Assembly: GCF_006345805.1 (NCBI RefSeq) | Contig: NC_043020.1 | Coordinates: 19,344,001 to 19,408,000 of the forward strand | DNA from: Octopus sinensis | Taxonomy: Eukaryota | DNA length: 64,000 bases | Direction of reading: 5' to 3' | Part shown: piece by piece, positions 51,615-64,000 of the stretch | How the letters are laid out: each line of letters starts with the position of its first letter | Numbering within the stretch: position 1 is the first letter of the stretch | The notes under the pieces: model-generated | What the model was told of the DNA's origin: nothing | The model's input: only the letters and a program-made list of their open reading frames with translations | Database searches by the model: none | Translations under genes and position numbers: made by a program

Positions 51615-51669
51615 GTGTGTGTGTGTGTGCGTGTATTATGTATATTATCGTATGATTGAACGCTACGCA

Positions 51670-51930
51670 TCCTCTTCCAAGTAAGTTTTCTCTCTCTCTC
51701 TCTCTCTCTCGCTCTGACCGCGTGTGTTTCGTTCGCGATTTTCTTTCTCCGTCTTCCCTTTTTAGGACTTTTTCTATATTTCTGATGAAGAGCTCCGCTC
51801 GAAACCTGAATTTCTCTTTCTTTTCTTTCCTTTCCTGAGCGTCCGATAACACTGTACTTGTTCCACGTCCTCACGTTATTGTGTTTTCTTGCTTGTTCAT
51901 GTTTGGATTTATATATAAAATATATATATA
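51670..51930 (+). mobile_element. Penelope-like unit with decayed HHR 51780-51810
   Basis: CTGATGA-A-GAGC(TCC)GCTC-GAAACCTG: core intact, but stem III and the cleavage site are mutated. Confidence 0.55.
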
Positions 51931-51942
51931 TATATATAAATA

Positions 51943-52005
<63 letters not shown>

Positions 52006-52299
52006 ACCCTTTTATTCTTTTACTTGTTTCAGTAATTTGACTGCGGCCATGCTGGAGCACGCCTTAGTCGTGCAATCGACCCCAGGATTCATTCTTTGTA
52101 AGCCTAGTACTTATTCTATCGGTCCTTTTTGCCGAACCGCTAAGTTACGGGGACGTAAACACACCACCATCGGTTGTCAAACGCTGTCGGGGTGACAAAC
52201 ACAGACACATAAACATATACACACCATCATACATTACACCCACTCATACAACACACACACACAACACACACCACACACACACACACACACACCACACAC

Positions 52300-52397
<98 letters not shown>

Positions 52398-52589
52398 CAC
52401 ATATATACACACACACACACACACACAGTTTCCGTCTACCAAATCCTCTCACAGGGCGTTGATCAGCCCAAGTTTATAGTAGAAGACACTTGCCCAAGGT
52501 GGGACTGAACCCAGAACCATGTGGTTGGTAAGCAAGCTACTTACCTTAAGCCACAACTGCACCTGTATATATATATATATATATATATT

Positions 52590-52790
52590 TATTATATATA
52601 TATAAAGGGAAAGTTTACGAAAATAAACAAAAGACGAAGACAGGTGGTGTACAAACAAACAGATGTATTAGTATAGCGCTCAGGAATAGAAAAAATCTTT
52701 TACGTTTCGAGCCTACGCTCTTCTATAGAAAGATACACAAAAAAAAACAAGGAGAGAAAAAAATGTGTGTAGTAGCTAACGAGACTTACA
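52590..52790 (-). mobile_element. Sister copy of 4827-5025; HHR motif 52696-52733 with core mutated to CUAUAGA
   Basis: Reverse-complement match over ~190 nt. Confidence 0.7.
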
Positions 52791-53115
52791 TACAGTTATA
52801 TATGTATATATATATACACTGTATATGCACACACAAAGACTCAGACACGCACATGTATATATACAAGGAGGAAGATCGGGAGAGGGAGGAGAGAGGGAAA
52901 AAGAGAGGGAGATGGAGAGCGAGGGAAAGCGGAGAGAGAGAGAGAGATATAAGAGAGTGCGTGGGAGTTGAGCGTATTTACTTGATACGTTAGATACCTT
53001 TGTATATAATATCACTGACGGTCTGTCTGTCAGCCTGTCTATGACGAAGTCGATGGTATGAGTGACGGTGACGATGATGATTTCGGTGGTGGCGGCGGCA
53101 GTGTTGTCGTTGTTG

Positions 53116-53147
<32 letters not shown>

Positions 53148-53461
53148 GGTGGTGGTGGCGGCGGCGGCGGCTACCTCTGCTGATGGGTATGATGCTGGTG
53201 ACGACGATGGAGACGGGATTCACTTCAATCTTTCCCTTGTTTCTGTCATTTGACTGCGGCCATGCTGGAGCACCCACAGCTAAATTGAACCTCAGTACTT
53301 ATCTTTTAAAGCCTGGTGTTATGCTATGGCTCTCTTTTGTCGAACCGCCAGCCTGTGCGCATATGTATATGTTTATGTGTGTGTGCGTGTGTTTGTATGT
53401 ACGTATGTATGTACGTATGTATGTCCCGGGGTCGATTTGCTCGACTAAAGGCGGTGCCCCA

Positions 53462-54388
53462 GTATGTACTATGTATGTATGTATGTATGTATGTATGTAT
53501 GTATGTATGTATGTATGTACGTATGTATGTATGTATGTATGTATGTATCTATGTATGTATTGTACGTATGTATGTATGTATGTATGTATGTATGTATGTA
53601 TTGTACGTATGTATGTATGTATGTATGTATGTATGTATGTAGTATGTATGTATCTATGTATGTATTGTACGTATGTATGTATGTAGTATGTATGTATGTA
53701 TGTATGTATTGTACGTAGTATGTATGTATGTATGTATGTATGTAGATATGTATGTAGTGTATGTATTGTACGTATTATGTATGTATGTATGTATGTAGTA
53801 TTATGTATGTATGTATGTATCTATGTATGTATTGTACGTGTATGTATGTTGTATGTAGTATGTATTTACGTATGTGTAAGTATGTATGTATGTATGTATG
53901 TATGTATTGTACGTATGTATGTATGTATGTATGTATGTATGTATGTATGTATGTATGTATCTATGTATGTATGTACGTATGTATGTATGTATGTATGTAT
54001 GTATGTATGTATGTATGTACGTATGTAGTATTGTACGTATGTATGTATGTATGTATGTATGTATTATGTATGTATGTATGTATGTATGTATTGTACGTAT
54101 GTATGTATGTATGTATTATGTATGTAGTATGTATGTATGTGTATGTATGTATTGTACTATGTATGTATGTATGTATGTATGTATGTATGTATGTATGTAT
54201 GTATGTTGTACGTATGTAGTATGTTGTATGTATGTATGTATGTATGTATGTATGTATTGTACGTATGTATGTACGTATGTATGTATGTATGTATGTATGT
54301 ATGTATGTATGTATTGTACGTATGTATGTATGTATGTATTGTACGTATGTATGTATGTATTGTATGTGTGTGTGTATGTATGTATGTA
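53462..54388. repeat. ~930-bp (TATG)n satellite with recurrent ATTGTACG and ATCTATG variants
   Basis: Direct reading. Confidence 0.95.
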
Positions 54389-54494
54389 ACATGGCGAGAA
54401 GAGGAGTTTAAAAGTTCAGAAAGTTCAAAAGTCATGGTAGATTAGAGCGATTTACACAGACACACACACAGACACACACACAGACACACACACA

Positions 54495-54580
<86 letters not shown>

Positions 54581-54583
54581 CTG

Positions 54584-54632
<49 letters not shown>

Positions 54633-54693
54633 ATATATGTAAATGTATGTATGTATGTATATATATACACATATATATGTGTGTATACATATA

Positions 54694-54751
<58 letters not shown>

Positions 54752-55289
54752 AGACAGAGAGAGAGAGAGAAGCAGGGAGAAAGAGACATGTGGGGAGAGT
54801 CTGTGGGGGTTGAGCGTATATCTTGCTCCGTTGCATACACATTTTTGTATATAAGTATGTATTCCCCTCTTTCTCCCTTTCTCTCCCTATCTCTCTCCCT
54901 CTATATATAAATATATACGTGTATTTGTATGTGTGTGCGTGTGTGTGTTTCCGTGCGTGAGCGTGTGTGTAAAGGCGTGTGTATAAAGGGTATTCGGCTG
55001 ACGGTCGTAGGGTCGCTAGTTCGATTCTCTGCAGTGCGTTGTGTCCTTGAGCAAGACACTTTATTTCATGTTGCTCCAGTCCACTCATCTGGCTAAAATA
55101 AGCAGTACGAGCATTTCATGGGGCCAGCGTTGTCACACTCCCTGTCAAGCTGAAACCTCCTCTGAGAACTTCATTAAGGCTACGCGTATCTGGGACATTA
55201 ATTTCATAATCCAATAGAAGAGAAAGGTAAAATGATTTTGCCTATTTTAAGCCACTGGTCTGCGGCCATGATAGGGCACTGAACCCAGT

Positions 55290-55863
55290 AATTATATTTT
55301 GTTAAGCCTAGTACTTATTTTATCGAGCATTTTTGTCGAACCGCTAGGAAACACAGGGCCTCAAAAGCCCAACTTCGCTTATCAAGCGATGGTGGGAGAC
55401 AAACCGAAGCAGAAAGATATAAACGCACGCGCACACACACGCATACACGCGCGCGCGCACACACATACACACATACGCGCACGCACACACGCAAACACAC
55501 ACACACACACACACACACGCAAACACACACGATGAGCTTCTTTCAGTCTTCGTTTACCAGACCCACACAAAGGTCTTTGGTCGGCGCCCGAGGCTATATT
55601 AGAAGGCATTTGCCGAAGGTGCCACGCAGTGGGACTGAACCCGGAACCATGTGGTTGAGAAGTAATCTTCTTACCACACAGATACGCTTGCGTCTATAAA
55701 TAAAATATATTTATATATAGGAGCAGGCGTGGCTGTGGATCCGGGTTCAGTCCAACTGCGTGGCACCTTGGGCAAGTGCCTTCTAATATAGCCTCGTACC
55801 GACCAAAGTCTTGCGAATGGATTTGGTAGACGAAAACTGAAAGAAGCCCGTCGTCTATGTGTG

Positions 55864-55908
<45 letters not shown>

Positions 55909-56065
55909 ATATGTGTGTGTGTGCGTGTGTGTGTGTGTTTGTTCCCCCCCCCGCAAGTACTAGGCTTACAAAGAATAAATCCTGGAGTCGTTTTGTTCCC
56001 CTAAAACCCTTTAAGGCGGTGCTCCAGCATGGCCGCAGTCAAATGACTGAAACAAGTAAAAGAAT
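55290..56065. mobile_element. Head-to-head inverted SINE-B pair (-, 55290-55695; +, 55722-56065)
   Basis: Heads face each other across a ~25-nt AT-rich spacer. Confidence 0.8.
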
Positions 56066-56793
56066 AAGAGTATATATATATTTAGATCTTCGAATTACGA
56101 AAAGGCATCCCTATGAACAGGGCAATAACCTCTGTCTCTGAAACGTTCTGGCATTCTTCTCATTATATGCAGTATACAGGAATTTCTCAGTACTATGAGC
56201 CAGGAATTTCAAAATACGAAAGCTGTGAACAGCCACGACCACCTGCCAAATATTAGAAGTTAGGAAAAAAGAAACGAAAAAAGAGTTCTGATTTTACATT
56301 CTTTAATGGTTCGTTAACGTCGCTGCGCCATCGTCTTGTTCCCCCACCACTCCGCCTCTTCTTCATCATCATCATTATCATCATTATCATCATCACCATC
56401 ATCCTTTTACTAACATCCTCACCGTCACACGGTCTAATTGCAGTCCTCGTTATTGTCTCTCCGTATTTCTTTGATCTTCAAATAAGTTCTAATACCTTCT
56501 ACATAAGTTTTGGCTTCAAATTCTTTTTAATAGATTAGGAACAGGAACCTAGGGAAATCATCATCATCATCACCATCATCATCTCCACCATTAACAACAA
56601 CAACAACACCTTCATCATCATTGTTATTAACTGAGGTTGACTTTGCCTGTCATCATTTCGCGGTCGATAAATTAAGTACCAGTGAAACACAGAGGTCGAT
56701 GTAATCGACTAGTCTCCTCTCGCAAAATTTCAGACCTTGTGTTTATAGTAGAAAGGATTATTGTTGCTGTTGTTGTCGTTATTATTATTATTA

Positions 56794-56825
<32 letters not shown>

Positions 56826-56966
56826 TATTATTATTATTATTACGTTCAGAGTTCAAATTCCGCCCAGGTCGACTTTGCCTTTCATCCTTTCGAGGTCAGT
56901 GAAATAAGTACCAGTTACACACTGGAGTCGATGTAATCGACTAGCACCCCCGTCGTATATATATAC

Positions 56967-57016
<50 letters not shown>

Positions 57017-57189
57017 TGTGTGTGTGTCTCTGTTTGTCCCCGTAACTTAGCGGTTTGGCAAATGACGCCGATAGAATAAGTACTAGGCTTACAAAGAATA
57101 AGTCCTGGGGTCGATTTGCTCGACTAAAGGCGGTGCTCCAGCATGGCCACAGTAAAATGAGTGAAACAAGTAAAAGAGTAAAAGAGTAA

Positions 57190-60100
57190 GACGCAACAAA
57201 ACACGGTGACGTTCATTTGTGAGAGAGGGGGAGAGAGTGAGGAGCATCACCAAACATCAGTGAGAGAGTACGAGTGTGGCAAGCGAATTAGCACTAAAAA
57301 ACGAATTGGAGCTAAAAAAAAAAGAAGAAGAAAACAAACGATGACTGTGTTTTTGCTGAAAGAAAATAAAAAAGAAAGCAGGGCCAATTTTTTCGAGAAA
57401 GATCTCTTAGAAGATCTTCGGAGAAACAACGGCTCCGTTTTCGACAACACTGTTCGAAGTGAAAGCAGTTATTTCGAAAATGTAAACAATAAGAGCCCTT
57501 TCGTGAGCGAAGCAACGAACGATGCGGGTGCAACAGTTAACAACAACACCAGCAACTGCAGTTACAACAACAACAATATCAGCAGCACCATCAACAACCA
57601 CAACAACAAACAACAACGGCAGCATCAAAAGCAACAACAAGAATGATAAAAACAATGAAAGAACTGAGATGCGAACCGGTGCAACGGCTCTGAATTTCTC
57701 TTCTAAACTTTCTTTCGCTGGAGCAGCCAAGTTATCTCTTCAGAGGATGCAATTCTCTGAATAGGAACTTTAAATTGTCAGACAGCTAGTCGAGAGAGAC
57801 GGAAGAGCAGTAAGGATACGATTCGCCGTATAGTGGACCTACTGTACAATCGGAACAGTAGGTCCACAGAGGGTGGAAAGAGTCGCAGAGGCTCAAATGC
57901 GAAAACCTTTAGGTTCCGTCTAGAATCTAAAGGAATATATACAGAAAGGAAGGGCCTATGAAATGGTGGAGGTTCGATTCCGCGAGAAAGAAGCCAAGCA
58001 TCACTCTTTGAATCCCCGAGACTGGCCAAGATCATCATCCAACAGGTGCCGCCAGAAATAGATATTCCTTGCTGCAGTGACGATAGACATCGAAGAGAAC
58101 TCGAAAATCGTCGGAGCTTAACAGACCAAAAAGGATAACTGGTCGGAGATGACCATTGAACTCCTCATACAAAAGACACAAAAGAATGTGGATCTCATCC
58201 CGGACCAGATCCCCTTCGTAGAAGCAGTAATTAAATGGCCACCAGAACTCCAGCGACAACAGCAGAAGCACTATCACCATCAGTAGATTCAGCTCTAACA
58301 CCAACAACCCTACCGACACTGAGTTTCCCAAAACAATTCTCAGCGCCCGAAGATATTCCACTTCCCGATGCAGAGCGGGTGGAGATCACAGGTGGAGAGT
58401 CGGACCGCGATGAGGAGTGGAAGTTGAAAACTCAAAAAAGGAAAAGAGACTGAAAAAAACAAACAAACAAACGTGTGAACAAACAACAACAATCATCCAC
58501 AGAAGAAGTAGAAAGAAAAAAAAAGACAAGGCAACAAAAACAAATACAGCCAAAACAAACACTGCATCGATATCACCACCTCTAACACCTGAAATACAAT
58601 CCATCCCACGCACGCAATCACAACAACAATCACAACCACAATCACCACCACCACAACAACAACAATTAACGCAAATTAAAGACACTAATATTACAAACTA
58701 CGTGGCAAAAGTACAAAAAAAACAATGAATTAATGAAGTACATTATAATAGACACAAACCTTACAGCAAAAGATTTTGTCACACCCACATTCTCCTTACC
58801 TGCACTCATATAAATCATTCAAACAGCACGAAACACATAAACATACTTAAAAACCCAATTCCCACAGGAAATCGAAAATTTTCGAGGGAATATCACCAAG
58901 AGAAGTCTTGGCGATTTACTGTTGGAAACACCCTAAACCAACAGGAGGGACGGACAATCCGTCCCTCCAAACAAAACCAAGTAAGTTTTCCCTTTTCTTT
59001 TTCCGACAACATGGTCGGGTACAGAATAGGCAGCGTGAATGTACGTACCCTGGGGTCCACTTGGAAGTGGGGTCACCTGCTCAACGACCCCAGGGAACTG
59101 TAGTCATTAGTGAAACTAGAATTTCCGACTCACGGGATTTCCGATCTATTTTCGGTGACTATGAGGTGCATGTATCTCCAAGTCGTCCGGGAGCGGGAGG
59201 CGGAATTGCCGTGATGTTTCGGAAAAATCTGGTTCTTACAATACGGACGATCTTCCTGGACCCAGAAGGTAAGTCGGTGGTCCTGGACGTGACAGACAGC
59301 GAAGGACATACGACCAGATTTCTTCAGACGTCTGGAGACCTTCCTGGGAACGTCTCGCTCTTTAGTGTTAGTGGTGGGGTGGTTAGAATAGAGTTTTAGA
59401 TGTGTAGATAGGAGAGGAGGGTGCAAAAGTCTCGCAAACCTGCTCAGACGATTCCAACTGTCTGACAGATATCGACTGGATTTCCCGGTTGTGCTAGTGT
59501 GAACTTGGTCAAACCGCATCAGGTCATCCAGCTCGTATCTAGATAGGGTATTTTATAGAGTAGCAGATAAGGATAGCATAGGTTGTCCACAGTTTAAAGT
59601 AGTCGATTACACAGAGCACAAATTCATGATCTGTGCAGTCGACTTAGACAGGGACCCGGTTACTGGAAGCTGAACATGTTGCCGGCACGCAAAAATTTCA
59701 GAGATCTGATTAGTCAACTAGTTGACGGGGGCAATAATAAACAATAAATGGCGGTTCGCCCCGAAAAGGGCGATTAGAATAGAATCAATAAGGTATAGCA
59801 AAGGTGTAGCAGTAGAAAGAATCATAGTAGAAACAGAGGTAGCCTCGCGACCGACGTGCTCGCAGCGAGATTGGCACTCAACCAATTCTTCAACGCGAAT
59901 TACGAAGGTTGCGTTGTCAGAGCTAAGGCACGAGCACTTAGACACGAAGGGACGAAAGCCGTTCAATGAGCCCGACTGGCAGAGGCACGACGTGGTAATA
60001 AATCCGGACCACGAAGGGCAAATAATAACTGATCCGAGACAGATGTGTGCGACCTTTCAGCGTCGCTTCGCTCAACTGTTCGGGAGCAGCGATCTGCTAG

Positions 60101-60926
60101 GTCGCAGGATGGATTTCACGTCCTGCCTCGACGGGCTGCTGCGGCTGTAGGCGATGGAGGTGGGGCGCTGCGAAAGGTCGATAACAGCCTTTGAAATACG
60201 GGAAGCATTGGCTAGCTGCACGAGGGGTAAATCACCTGTTTTAGATGACCTGCCCAACAAACTTTACGCTTACACGCCAGACTTGTTCAGCGACCTCTTA
60301 GCAAATGTTTACTTCAACTGGCAACAGAATAGGAGAATTCCCAGTTCTGTATGCCGAGGTGCGGTGGTGTCGCTGAGAAAAGACTCGAACAAGGGGGATT
60401 ATATTGACAACTTTAGGCCCATAACTCTACTGAATGCAGAGTTCAAAATTTTGGCCATGGTTTTAGCTACGAAGTTGGCGCTTGGCGTCGGGGATCTATT
60501 AGGAGAGGCACAGATATATGCCATGCCGAAAAGATTCATCTACGACAACCTCCACCTCATGCAATACATCATTGAGAAAGTGGTTAAAGAACCTGGCACG
60601 GGTGGGGCCCTAACCAATTTAGATCAGTCTAAAGCTTTCGATAGGATCGACCATCTATACTTGGAAGCAACCATCAAAACAGCTGGTTTCGGGCCTGTAT
60701 TCGGGGCTGGATCGCTGCAATGCACAGCGTCATCTGTTCAGTGGTCAGAGTGAACGGTCACCTCTCAGAGCCGTTCAACACTATGCATTCGGTCCGGCAA
60801 GGTTGTCCCCTCTCGTCTCCCCTGTACGGACTGACTCTCGAGTCACTACTACACAAACTGGAAGCTTTGAGAAACATCCCACGTTACCTAGGATGTGGAA
60901 GGTGCGAATCGGCATTTGCTGACGAC
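57190..60926 (+). mobile_element. Old Tx1/L1-clade LINE with 5' UTR/ORF1 remnants and ORF2 (ATG 59011) truncated right after the RT FADD motif
   Basis: MVGYRIGSVNVRTLG..KWGHLLND, IFLDPEGKSVVLDV, NFRPITLLNAEFKILA, LDQSKAFDRIDH, VRQGCPLS, FADD 60915-60926. The 5' boundary is uncertain. Confidence 0.88.
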
Positions 60927-61201
60927 TTTTGCACAGTTGACTTTTGCTGGAGCATCATCCCCTAATGTAGAAACCCCTTTTTCTGCGGATATTTGATAAC
61001 ACCACGGTGCCAAATTTTATCCATTTTCACGAAATGTTTTTAGTACCACTTTTCCAAGACCTCAATTCTGTATCCAATGTGGGTTTATATGGAAAGAAAA
61101 AATGCAGTTAGCGCCAGTAAAGGTTGAATTTAATGCATGCCAAGTTTAATTACTGTACGATAACTCTTTAGTCAGCCTATGAACTTTTCAGCCCACTCTC
61201 G
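60927..61201 (-). mobile_element. 5' fragment of a second mariner family
   Basis: TA + TIR CGAGAGTGGGCTGAAAAGTTC at 61201 downward; ATG 61024 gives MDKIWHR..IKY.QKKG...LGDDAPA..TVQK (frameshifted). Confidence 0.75.
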
Positions 61202-61899
61202 TATTTGGGATGTGCACATAATGGTGAAGTCGTTCTGAAAATGTTCGTTCAGTATTCAAACAATGCTCACTTGTGAAGTTATGTCCAGCAAATGTTATGT
61301 ACGGTGGTGGTGGTTGTTGTTGTTGTTGTTGTTGTTTAATCACAAGTCAGTTCTGATTGAACAGACTTTAAAATCAAAATCGCTCCAGCCCTGGCTGACA
61401 TGTCGGCTCTTGTTTCTCTAAGACCTATCAATGTCCAATATTTTCTTGATTCGAAAATATTTCATGGTGCGTTTTGAAGGAGATTTGGCTGCTATTTCTG
61501 CCAGGATGAGCAAGCACTTAGCGACCCCTTCATTTGTGGCTATGTTGTTGGCTTTTCACTGAGAGCAGTTTTATATGTGTTGGAGCTGGTGGTGTCTCCT
61601 GTGGTGGCGACAGTATGTGTAGCACTGCTAATGACAGGTTGTGTAGTTGTGTAGTTTCAGTGAATGTAGTAGTAGTGTTATTAATAGCGATGGTTATAAT
61701 GTTTGTGGTAGTAGTTATGGCGATGGTGATTCCAGTGGTGGAGTGGTTGTAGTGGTGGTGGTGGTAGTGGCAACATTATGGTAGTGGTGGTGAATCCAGG
61801 TAAAAAAGTCAGAAAGGTTTTATCCGGGTTTTTTTTTTCGAGCGGGTTTTGTCCGGGGGGGGGAGGTTGTCCGGATCCCATAAAACGATTGTGAGTTTA

Positions 61900-61947
61900 T
61901 TACCGGTCACTGTGATGGTAGTGGTTGTCGTTGTGGTGATGGTGATG

Positions 61948-61986
<39 letters not shown>

Positions 61987-62186
61987 ATGCTGGTGGTGCT
62001 GATGGCGGTGGTGGTGGCGGTAGTAGTAGTAGTAGTAGTAGGAGGAGGAGGAGGAGGAGGGGTGTGGTTGTTGCGGTATTAGTGGTAGTAGTAGCGGTGG
62101 AGATAGTAGTGGTGATGTTGGTGGCGGTGGTGGTGGTTGTGGTGGTGGGGGGTAGTAGTAATAGTAGTAGTAGTAGTAGTAGTAGT

Positions 62187-62254
<68 letters not shown>

Positions 62255-62260
62255 CGGTGA
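61900..62260. repeat. Compound trinucleotide repeats (GTA/GTG/GCA/GGA)n
   Basis: Direct reading. Confidence 0.9.
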
Positions 62261-63173
62261 TGGCTGTAGTGCGGTTAGTGATTGTATTGGTTGTGGTGGA
62301 TGTGGTTGATTGTGTTATTAGTAATAACTGAGGTGGATGCTAAACGGTTGATGTAATTGGTTTGGAATTTGTCACAAATCAAAAAGAAAAAAGTGATGCC
62401 ACTCTCCCCCCCAACCGCCACCCCAACAACATAATTAACTACTAATTTCAAATATATAAAAAAAAAATGAAAAAGACTAAAAAATGTAAAAAGTGTAAAA
62501 AAAAAATGTAAGCCCTCCCCCCATGACTCCTTCCAGAAGAAAAAAAAACAACAATAAGCAAACCAAAGCAACAAAAAAACCATTAATATTATCATTTATT
62601 AAGCTTGTGTCTTTTATATGAGCGAAATGTCAGTTGTAACTAAAGTGAGTCCCAGCAATATTCCTGTCTCTCTGATTTCGTTCTTTTATTTGCCAAGCTG
62701 CGCTTCATCCTTCACGTCAAGCACTTTGATCAGACACCGTCCATAATTCGCTCCCACCTCATTTACACCGGAAGTTCCGACATATTAAAAGGGCAAATTA
62801 TCAATTTCTATCTTTTTTCATCTTTTATCTTATTTTTTTAATATTTGTTTCAGTCATTAGACCGCGGCGCGGCCATGCTGGGGCACCGACTCGAAGAATT
62901 TTTAGTCAACCCCAGTACTAATTTCCTTTTTTAGCTTGGAACTTAATCTACCCATGTCCTTTTTAGTTTGCCGAACCGCTAATCCACAAATTCAGAAATC
63001 CGGGATCTAGAATTATCCAGTAATTTTTTACTAGTTTCATCTTGTCTCTTTGTTTTCTCTCCGTGTTGCTATATGGACAATTAAGATGGTTTTAGAGTCA
63101 GATCATGGCGGCTATTTTCAACATGGTGGTGTCTCGTAGATACCTTAATTTATAATTTAATAATTTATATATA

Positions 63174-63217
<44 letters not shown>

Positions 63218-63319
63218 TATATATACACACACATACATACATAACATACATACATACATACATAATACATACATACATAACATACATACATACATACAAC
63301 ATACATACATACATATATA

Positions 63320-63610
63320 TATATTGATAGAAATGGTAAGACAACAAAAGAATGAAAGAGACCTCGATATTATGTAAATAGAGGAATTTATCTGTAAATA
63401 TAACATGTGACAATTATTCGGTAGCCATGATAAAACTCCAAGTTTTGGATGTCGGGGCGGAAACCCACGCCGCCATCTCTTCAGTTATCCGGCCATCGAA
63501 AAAATGCTCCCCCCGAAACCCAAAAGGTAAGTTTATAAATTTATAATCAAGGGTACAAGTACCAGCATTGCCAGAAACAAGAGTCGAAAAATACTCAAAT
63601 AATACCCAAA
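63320..63610 (-). mobile_element. Penelope-like unit with CpG-decayed HHR 63429-63489
   Basis: GATAA-CTGAAGA-GATG[GGCGG..CCGCC hairpin]CATC-C-AAAA(for GAAA)-CTTGGAG-TT-TTATC. Confidence 0.55.
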
Positions 63611-64000
63611 TATATATATATCACCGCCAACAGAACCACCATGAACACCAAAACCGATACGACGACTACAGCGCCATTACCAACCTTCTAACTTTTCAAT
63701 GACCAGCAACAACAGCAACAATAATATGAACAAGACGAACAAAAATAAAATGAAATAAAATAAAATAAAAGGCAATCACATTAAGTAATGTTGTACCTCC
63801 GTGTATTTTAAAAGTATAGTGAAATCTTTTAGGTCTTGGTATTGACTGGAGAGTCAAAAGTAATAACAATGCAATTAGCAAGAACAGCATGACCATTGCT
63901 CCCCTCTGCTATCACTATCACCATCATCATCAACATCAAAACCAATTCCACCAACGCTTCTTTCTGAAATTAAAGATGACTGATTCAAGTTACTTATTTG

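Noticed and set aside
57206-57646. 146-aa N/Q-rich ORF resembling a host transcription-factor segment
   Set aside because: It lies in the 5' region of the Tx1 relic, its low complexity comes from (AAC)n, and there are no splice signals or domain.

Overview
Eukaryotic, AT-rich, repeat-saturated genomic DNA, most likely from an octopus or other coleoid cephalopod. That assignment is an inference from the tRNA-derived SINE families and the extreme (TA)n/(TATG)n/(TCTA)n load. I found no supportable host protein-coding gene, and almost all ORF-track entries are microsatellite translations. The window is a nest of mobile elements: five Tx1/L1-clade LINE relics (including a young head-to-tail pair at 17454-23007), a decayed R4/Dong-clade RLE retrotransposon, a deleted Helitron, two mariner relics, several MITEs (pogo/Tigger-like, hAT, unclassified), dozens of SINE copies from about four families, and one 5'-clipped tRNA-Ala(UGC). 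The most interesting layer is cryptic RNA structure. (1) About 11 minimal type-I hammerhead-ribozyme (HHR) motifs sit in short Penelope-like units. They include a recurrent core-variant subfamily, one canonical HHR with a 92-nt stem-II insertion, and a tRNA-promoter-headed element carrying an HHR that inserted as a palindromic dimer with a 12-bp TSD. (2) An ENE-like U-rich internal-loop hairpin lies in the Tx1 3' UTR. (3) A GTAAGT motif precedes ORF2 in three divergent Tx1 copies. All coordinates and alignments were read by eye; no searches or folding programs were run. Scattered 1-nt indels suggest the assembly may carry long-read errors.
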